Positions 58,375 to 64,000 of a stretch of 64,000 bases of DNA are shown here, piece by piece. Source of the DNA: Planctomycetota bacterium (GTDB lineage: Bacteria > Planctomycetota > B143-G9); NCBI GenBank assembly GCA_034521065.1, contig JAXHMW010000014.1, positions 48,913 to 112,912 of the forward strand, given 5' to 3'. The notes beneath the pieces were generated by a model. That model was given only the letters and a program-made list of their open reading frames with translations, did no database searches and was not told the DNA's origin. The stretch's first letter is position 1; every line of letters starts with the position of its first letter. The position numbers and the translations under genes are program-made.

Positions 58375-59051
58375 TGCATCGCTTCCTTGAATATATCGCT
58401 TGTAAGCAACAGGAACCAGCCCACGGTGGTGATTGCGTTCAGCATCGCGCAGATGCCGAGAGTGAGGTTCCCGTGTCCCGTGCCATGCCGCTTGTTTCCC
58501 CAGAACCCGTACAGTGAAAACAGAAGCCCGATGATGCCGAGGAAAGGTATGACGAAGGAGAAGAAGGTGATATGTACGGACACGCCCGACCAGGAAATCC
58601 GGCTCGACCGGCGGGTTTGCTTCTCCTTGCGCAGAATCTCAAAACAGTCCGGGCAGTACTTCCCGCCCTCGCTCGTGGTCTCGCACAATGCGCACATGAA
58701 CACACCGCAGCGGCTGCAGACGGCGGAAGATGCGTTGTTTGGGTGGTTGACACACCGGGCGGCCCCGTCAGTTGCCTTTACTGGCCGGCGGTTCAGATTG
58801 CGGGGCGGTGTGAGGATGTTCACGAAGAACTCGCAGTCGCACGAACCCTTGGAGCAGTGGTACATTCCGGCTCTTGTAACGGTCTGGGGGAACGAGCACT
58901 TCGGGCATACGACCGTTACCGGAGGGGGCAAGTCGGGACCGTCGGTAGCAGGCTGTTCGCGCTCGACCACTTGCTCAGGTCGCAGTTCGGCATCCGTTTG
59001 CCCGGGCTGCCGGTCGTCATCGAATGGGTTCGGAATGGTCTCTTTGTTCAA
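58371..59051 (-). CDS. Zinc-ribbon plus B-box-like zinc-finger membrane protein (DUF4190-like TM pair)
   Basis: CPKCSFPQ...YHCSKGSCDCEF, then RCVNHPNNASSAVCSRCGVFMCALCETTSEGGKYCPDCF, then two TM helices (FFSFVIPFLGIIGLLFSLYGF; LGICAMLNAITTVGWFLLL). Confidence 0.6.
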   Translation of the reverse strand: MNKETIPNPFDDDRQPGQTDAELRPEQVVEREQPATDGPDLPPPVTVVCPKCSFPQTVTRAGMYHCSKGSCDCEFFVNILTPPRNLNRRPVKATDGAARCVNHPNNASSAVCSRCGVFMCALCETTSEGGKYCPDCFEILRKEKQTRRSSRISWSGVSVHITFFSFVIPFLGIIGLLFSLYGFWGNKRHGTGHGNLTLGICAMLNAITTVGWFLLLTSDIFKEAMQ

Positions 59052-59467
59052 GTCAGGGCTCCATGGAAGTAGAGAACGAGTATCCAGTTGAGCGGCAGCA
59101 CGAGAATGGCGAAGACCCGCAAGAGAGTGCTGTACACACCGTTTGCGCGAATTTTAAGGTCAAAAGGCCGAACGAGAAGTGCCCAGAGCGTCCACAGCAT
59201 CATCAGCACTGTCAGAATACAGAGAAAGAACATGGCAGGATTATACGTGAACGAGGCGGCGAAGTCCAGTTTGGAGAAGCTGACGACTGCGCGTGTAGAG
59301 CCACAGGTAGGGCATGGCACGCCTGTCAAGGCGTGGAACGGGCAGCCCGAAGGCATCATGAAGTGAACGTATTCGTGCAGCGCGCCCCCGAGAAGGAACA
59401 GCCCGCCTACCAGCGACCATACAATCGCCAGGAGGGGACGTTGGGTGACGATCCGCACCTTGAACAT
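59048..59467 (-). CDS. DUF2752 family membrane protein
   Basis: CPFHALTGVPCPTCGSTRA...YNPAMFF is the family signature. It has four TM helices. Confidence 0.75.
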   Translation of the reverse strand: MFKVRIVTQRPLLAIVWSLVGGLFLLGGALHEYVHFMMPSGCPFHALTGVPCPTCGSTRAVVSFSKLDFAASFTYNPAMFFLCILTVLMMLWTLWALLVRPFDLKIRANGVYSTLLRVFAILVLPLNWILVLYFHGALT

Positions 59468-59469
59468 AA

Positions 59470-60304
59470 CTAAACGGAAGCTCCCCAGAGTGCCAAACCG
59501 CCCCCGATCAGGCCCATAACCAGAATGGCACAGCAGAAGGCCAGAAATACCAGGTAGAGCACCGCGAATGCGGAGCGTGCATAGCTCGTATCGTGCATCT
59601 CGGCAAGACCGATTATATTGAGAACTATCGCCCAGATTCCTCCGACAAGCGGCCCGATGATCGGCACTATCATGAATATCACCACGCAGTTGGAGAAGGC
59701 GTAAGTACGCAAAGATGCCTCGAAGTTCCTGCGAGGCCCGCCTACGATCATCAGACCGAGATGCGCAAGGCCGCTGCCTATTAATATGCCCGCTATCAGG
59801 CCCACCGGTGCGGAAATGATTTGGATAATGTACAAGGGTATCATTGGCAGCACTTGGGAACCGGTACCGAAAGCATCACTCCACGAGCCCGCGGCGGAAA
59901 GCCCGAACACAGCCCCCACGAAAATCCCCATCGCCGTGACGAGCATCTGCAAGGGGCCTAGAACGAGAAGAGCGAACAGTATCGGCTGCGTCATTCCTCC
60001 ATCGTAGGTCAGGGTGGAGTAGAACTCGCGCGGGATGGAACAGCACACCGCCGAAGGTCTGCTTAATTGCTTCGAACGTCCCTATTTCCTTGCGCCTTTC
60101 CCACGGTGAGGGAAATCGCTGGTCTCCGGATATGGATGGCGCGAAAGAGGCAAGACCGGCCTGCTCGTTACGGACAATTCGTTCCTTGCACTGGTAGCAC
60201 AGGGTGTGCCCCTGGAACGGAATTGCACAGTCCGGACAGATTTCCACTCCGCAATCGTTGCAGAACATCGTGTCCGTTCGGTCGGGATGGTTTATGCAGG
60301 GCAT
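59470..60304 (-). CDS. B-box-like zinc finger fused to a Yip1-domain membrane protein; one frameshift as assembled
   Basis: MPCINHPDRTDTMFCNDCGVEICPDCAIPFQGHTLCYQCK...PWERRKEIGTFEAIKQTFGGVLF (59876-60340) joins PREFYSTLTYDGGMTQPILFALLV plus five TM helices (59470-60048). The break is about 60030-60045. Confidence 0.65.
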
Positions 60305-60320
60305 GGTAACTCCATCTTTA

Positions 60321-61085
60321 TCATTTCTCCTCAACTGCAAGAAGCGATGCTATGCAGAACACAAATCTCTCGTGGGACATACCTTGTGGAATCTCGAGCT
60401 CGAATCGCTTTGAGCAATATCTCGCGTACTGCTCGAAAAGCGGTGCCTTGGCGGAATTCTCAAGCTCGTCATTGCGAATGCAAAGCTCGAATATGGCGTT
60501 GCGCTCGTCGAGCCCCGCGGTTCTTCGCAGGCGGTTGGCGAGTGCGACGTTGCCCGCGAAAGGGTTGTCCTTCTGGGAGAAACTCAGTTGTTTCGTGTCC
60601 AGGCGGATGTCCGCCTCGTGGACAACGACCGTTCCGGCGGCTATGTCTCCGAGCCTTCTCGAATGCGGATGAAGGACCACGGTTATCATGCCGACGAGGT
60701 AAAGGCCCGGCCCCATAATATAGATAGCTGGCTGCTTATCCACAAATCGAAGGATGTTTCGCAGGAATATCTCGTAAAAGCCAACTTGAGTGCCGTTGCA
60801 GCGCTTCACCCGTATCTTCAGAATCTTCTTACCCGGGCTTTGCCCCTTGCCCAGGTACTCGGTGATAATGAAGTAGCCGTTGTGGATGACAAAAAACGCG
60901 AGTATCGCCATGACCGTCGAGAGGGTCGCGAATATGCTCGCAGCTCCGACAGCGAGCATGACTACGATGTCCAACGCGATAATCAGCATCAGGTCAATGC
61001 CAAACGCAAGCATGCGCCGCGCCAGGCCCGCGAGCCTGAACGAAACTGTCACCTTCTCAGGAGTCTGAACTTGAAGCGTGCGCAT
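60321..61085 (-). CDS. RDD-family membrane protein with about 100-aa cytoplasmic C-terminal extension
   Basis: AGLARRMLAFGIDLMLII, GQSPGKKILKIRV, HSRRLGDIAAGTVVV. Confidence 0.75.
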   Translation of the reverse strand: MRTLQVQTPEKVTVSFRLAGLARRMLAFGIDLMLIIALDIVVMLAVGAASIFATLSTVMAILAFFVIHNGYFIITEYLGKGQSPGKKILKIRVKRCNGTQVGFYEIFLRNILRFVDKQPAIYIMGPGLYLVGMITVVLHPHSRRLGDIAAGTVVVHEADIRLDTKQLSFSQKDNPFAGNVALANRLRRTAGLDERNAIFELCIRNDELENSAKAPLFEQYARYCSKRFELEIPQGMSHERFVFCIASLLAVEEK

Positions 61086-61126
61086 TCTTGACTGGTCCCC
61101 TATACGGCGTAGAATTGACTGAAGCG

Positions 61127-62161
61127 ATGAACATTAAAGATTTTGTCTCCACCAATCGTAACGACTGGAAGAGGCTGGAAAAACTCCTCGACGTCTGTGA
61201 GCACCGGGGATTCCGGAGGCTCGGACATACAAATATAAACGAGTTTCTGGCCCTGTACCGCAAAACTTCCGCCGACCTCAACTATGCCAGAACTTTCTTC
61301 CCGACCGAAGGGCTCGTGGAACATTTGAACAGTCTCGTCGGCCGGGCTTATGGCCTGATGTATTCGAAACAGGGACCCCGGCTGTGGCCGACAGTTCGAA
61401 AATTCTTCGCCCACGACGTACCTGCTCTTGTGCGCAAGCACGTAATGTTGTTCCTTATCAGCGCTCTTGTGCTTTTCGGCGGCGTGCTGTTTGGCGCCCT
61501 TGCCGTCTCGCTCGACCCTGATTCGCAGCGGTATTTGATACCTCCGGGCCACATGTCGCAGACTCCGACCGAGCGGGTGCAGGATATTCAGGACAACGGA
61601 GGGTACGGTGGAGTGACCAGCGGTTCTTCGGCCACGGTGTTCTCGGTTGCTCTTTTCACCCACAACATTCGCGTTTCCCTGTTGTACTTCGCCTTCGGTT
61701 TCACGTTTGGCATCGGCACGGTCATCTTCATCTTCTACAACGGCGTAATACTCGGTGCGCTGATGGCAAGGTACTTCGCCTTCGGCCAGGGACTTTTCTT
61801 CTTCGCTTGGATATTGCCGCACGGACTTCCGGAACTCACCTCCTTGCTGCTCAGTGCCACGGGCGGATTGCTTCTCGCAAAAGCGATCCTCTTTCCCGGC
61901 GAACGTCCGATTCGTGACGCCCTGCGCGAAAACGGCAAGGATGCCGTGCTGCTTCTGCTCGCGGATGCGGTCTTTCTCGTTCCCACCGGCTTCATCGAGG
62001 GCACTATCAGCCAGCTTCACCCGCCGCTTTTGCCTTACACCCTGAAGCTTGTGTTCGCGCTCATCGTCTATTCGTTTTTCCTGTACTACCTGTTCTTCCG
62101 CAAGGGAAGGGCGCGCAAGGTTCAGGGAAGCCTGCGCAGGCACAGGGCTCAGATCGCCTGA
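61127..62161 (+). CDS. SpoIIM (DUF95)-like integral membrane protein
   Basis: N-terminal helical domain (NRNDWKRLEKLL...LALYRKTSADLNYART). Then FTHNIRVSLLYFAFGFTFGIGTVIFIFYNGVILG and LPHGLPELTSLLLSATGG. A TTG at 61088 is an alternative start. Confidence 0.7.
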   Translation: MNIKDFVSTNRNDWKRLEKLLDVCEHRGFRRLGHTNINEFLALYRKTSADLNYARTFFPTEGLVEHLNSLVGRAYGLMYSKQGPRLWPTVRKFFAHDVPALVRKHVMLFLISALVLFGGVLFGALAVSLDPDSQRYLIPPGHMSQTPTERVQDIQDNGGYGGVTSGSSATVFSVALFTHNIRVSLLYFAFGFTFGIGTVIFIFYNGVILGALMARYFAFGQGLFFFAWILPHGLPELTSLLLSATGGLLLAKAILFPGERPIRDALRENGKDAVLLLLADAVFLVPTGFIEGTISQLHPPLLPYTLKLVFALIVYSFFLYYLFFRKGRARKVQGSLRRHRAQIA

Positions 62162-63459
62162 CGCGATTTCAATTCCACGTACTTGTTCACAATGCCGATG
62201 GTAAGCTCGTCCGGTTCGAGGTCGATAACGTGCACGCCCTTGGCACTCAGCGAGCGCAACGCCTCGCGCTTCCTCGTGAGAAGTTCGAGCGCCGCTGCCT
62301 TCTCGAGCGCCTCCGAGTCGGTACGGGCATTGGAATAGGCCAGTTTGCGAATCTCCATCTCCGCCATTGTTACGACCACAGGAAGGTGCTTGCGCCCGAG
62401 TATGGGAACGTGGCGAACAAGATCCTTCGTCTCGTCTCCCTCGCCGATGTCCGTTATCACTATTACAAGCGACCGGGACATCTGCCTCTGCATGACACCG
62501 GTGTAAAGCTGCATGAAACTGGTGGATGCCATATCGGGATGGGAGTTGTAAAGCTCCTCGGTAAGCGCGTTGATCTGGGCGTCCGTGGAACGGGGTTTCA
62601 TGTAGGTGTTCACCTTGTCCGAGAACACCACGAGCCCGGCCCTGTCCCCGCTTCTCGCGGCCACGTAGGCCACCATCAGCGCCGCGTTGACGGCTGCATC
62701 GAACTTGGTGCAGAGCTTATCGCCGGTGCCGGTCGTCATATGTCGCCCCGAGTCAATGCATATCAGTACGTTCTGGTTGCGCTCCACCTGGTAAACCTGT
62801 GTGATGGGATGATGAACGCGTGCGGTCGCCTTCCAGTTGATGTCACGGTAGTTGTCTCCGGACACGTAGCGTCGGAGGTGCTCGAACTCCCTTCCCACGC
62901 TAATCGCCTTGGCCCTGTGAATGCCGTAGTCCGAGAGCCTTCGCGATGAGGCGAGCTTCTCATATTTGCCCGTCTGGACGAGGTTGGGATACACGCGCAC
63001 AATCCTCGGACATTCCACGTCGAACTGACTGAAAGCGAAGGCCAAGGAAAGCTGTGTCCTCACCTTTGAAAGCCTGAAAACACCGCGCTTGAAGGGCTTG
63101 ACGGATACCGTTATCTCTGTCACCCCGCGAGGCGCGAGTTTTGCCGTTTGTCGAAGGTCTTCCGTGTCGAAGGAGGCGGGAAGCTCGTCACGAAAGCGAA
63201 TCGTGTAGGCGCGGTTCGAGTGGTTCCGGATGACATAGGTGATTTCGTTGTCCGCACCGTGTGAGAGCTTGTCGGGAATTACGCGCTGTAGCTCGATGTC
63301 GTTCTCGCGCACAAGGAACTTCGCCTCTATCGCCATAACAGCGAAAAGAAGCAAATCCAGCGCAAGCACAAGCGGCACGACCAATATGGTCGCAGGTGCG
63401 AGCAGAAGCAGCGGCGATATCGCCAGGGCTATGAACAAGGTCTTGCGCGCGGGTAGCAT
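62149..63459 (-). CDS. DUF58 family protein (vWA-like)
   Basis: ATG 63459 lies 2 nt after the MoxR stop. Two N-terminal TM helices, then GREFEHLRRYVSGDNYRDINWKATAR and LICIDSGRHM. Confidence 0.8.
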   Translation of the reverse strand: MLPARKTLFIALAISPLLLLAPATILVVPLVLALDLLLFAVMAIEAKFLVRENDIELQRVIPDKLSHGADNEITYVIRNHSNRAYTIRFRDELPASFDTEDLRQTAKLAPRGVTEITVSVKPFKRGVFRLSKVRTQLSLAFAFSQFDVECPRIVRVYPNLVQTGKYEKLASSRRLSDYGIHRAKAISVGREFEHLRRYVSGDNYRDINWKATARVHHPITQVYQVERNQNVLICIDSGRHMTTGTGDKLCTKFDAAVNAALMVAYVAARSGDRAGLVVFSDKVNTYMKPRSTDAQINALTEELYNSHPDMASTSFMQLYTGVMQRQMSRSLVIVITDIGEGDETKDLVRHVPILGRKHLPVVVTMAEMEIRKLAYSNARTDSEALEKAAALELLTRKREALRSLSAKGVHVIDLEPDELTIGIVNKYVELKSRQAI

Positions 63460-63460
63460 A

Positions 63461-64000
63461 TCAGCGCGGTACCTCCGTCCGGTCAAGGACCTTTTCGATA
63501 AGTTGGTCTGCACTCATGCCCTCGATCTCGGCGTCCGGAGTGAATACTATCCTGTGTCCCAGCACGGGCAGTGCGAGCGACTTCACGTCGTCGGGGTTGA
63601 TGTAGTCGCGCCCGGCAAGGGCGGCCGAAGCCTTACAGGCCTTCAGCAGGGCGACCGCGGCCCTGGGGCTCGCGCCGAGGCGTACACTGTCGTCCGAGCG
63701 TGTTGCGGATATGATGTTCAGGATGTACTCGATGACGCCCTGTTCCGCCGTGACCTCGTCAGCGAGCTTGCGTGCTTGCAAAAGCTGATCGGAGTCCATG
63801 ACCTGTTTGAGTCCGAGAGTGTGCGGGTCTGCGAGTTCGCGCCCCTCGTTGTATGCCGTGAGCATCTGCAGCTCCTTTTCGGGTTCCGGATAACCGATGT
63901 AAACCTTCAGCATGAACCGGTCGAGCTGTGCTTCCGGCAGGGGATAGGTTCCCTCGTATTCGATGGGGTTCTGCGTTGCGAACACCGTGAACAGCGGCGA
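63461..64000 (-). CDS. MoxR-family AAA+ ATPase, 5' part beyond the window edge
   Basis: FATQNPIEYEGTYPLPEAQLDRFMLKVYIGYPEPEKE...ASPRAAVALLKA...DDVKSLALPVLGHRI. The frame stays open to base 64000. Confidence 0.85.
   Translation of the reverse strand, partial: SPLFTVFATQNPIEYEGTYPLPEAQLDRFMLKVYIGYPEPEKELQMLTAYNEGRELADPHTLGLKQVMDSDQLLQARKLADEVTAEQGVIEYILNIISATRSDDSVRLGASPRAAVALLKACKASAALAGRDYINPDDVKSLALPVLGHRIVFTPDAEIEGMSADQLIEKVLDRTEVPR

Noticed and set aside
61100-62143. 347-aa minus-strand ORF
   Set aside because: It is antisense to the SpoIIM-like membrane protein. The plus-strand product has coherent TM helices and the LPHGxxE family motif, while the minus-strand translation is charged and featureless.

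Overview
The window is a 64 kb chromosomal segment from a GC-rich Gram-negative-type bacterium, probably an uncultivated lineage assembled from a metagenome. The Gram-negative call rests on an LptF/G-type permease and many lipobox or signal-peptide proteins. Coding density is high. I found no rRNA, tRNA, CRISPR array, transposase, integrase or prophage gene.

Recognisable housekeeping genes:
- secA, mutL-miaA, and gap-pgk followed by rpe-accD
- nifU-nifS, ispH, nadC-birA, dinB
- a TrmH-family methyltransferase, a Fur-family regulator, a ManC-like guanylyltransferase and an ABC-2 exporter

These are interleaved with envelope and secreted proteins of unknown function:
- a GluR0-like K+ channel
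- a GEVED lipoprotein
- a HEAT plus prenyltransferase-like toroid protein
- a LamG/DUF1080-like giant
- two tandem DUF4139 proteins
- two paralogous proteins built from 12 copies of a roughly 26-residue D-x-x-G-x-D-x-Y repeat
- a HAMP-PP2C/STAS pair
- a five-gene operon of small zinc-ribbon membrane proteins next to an RDD / SpoIIM-like / DUF58 / MoxR neighbourhood

The dominant signal is technical or degenerative. By my reading there are at least about 45 reading-frame breaks in about 25 conserved genes, including the essential secA, gap, ispH and nifS. Several sit in homopolymer runs, and they are distributed very unevenly. I read most of them as uncorrected indel errors, so frameshifted genes are given as reconstructed spans.

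I did not find a convincing self-contained new system such as a defence, toxin or secretion module. The best candidates for new biology are the GDxY-repeat paralogues, the zinc-ribbon membrane operon beside MoxR/DUF58, and an S41-fold protein whose dyad positions look substituted. All functional calls rest on motif recognition by eye and need HMM or structure confirmation.
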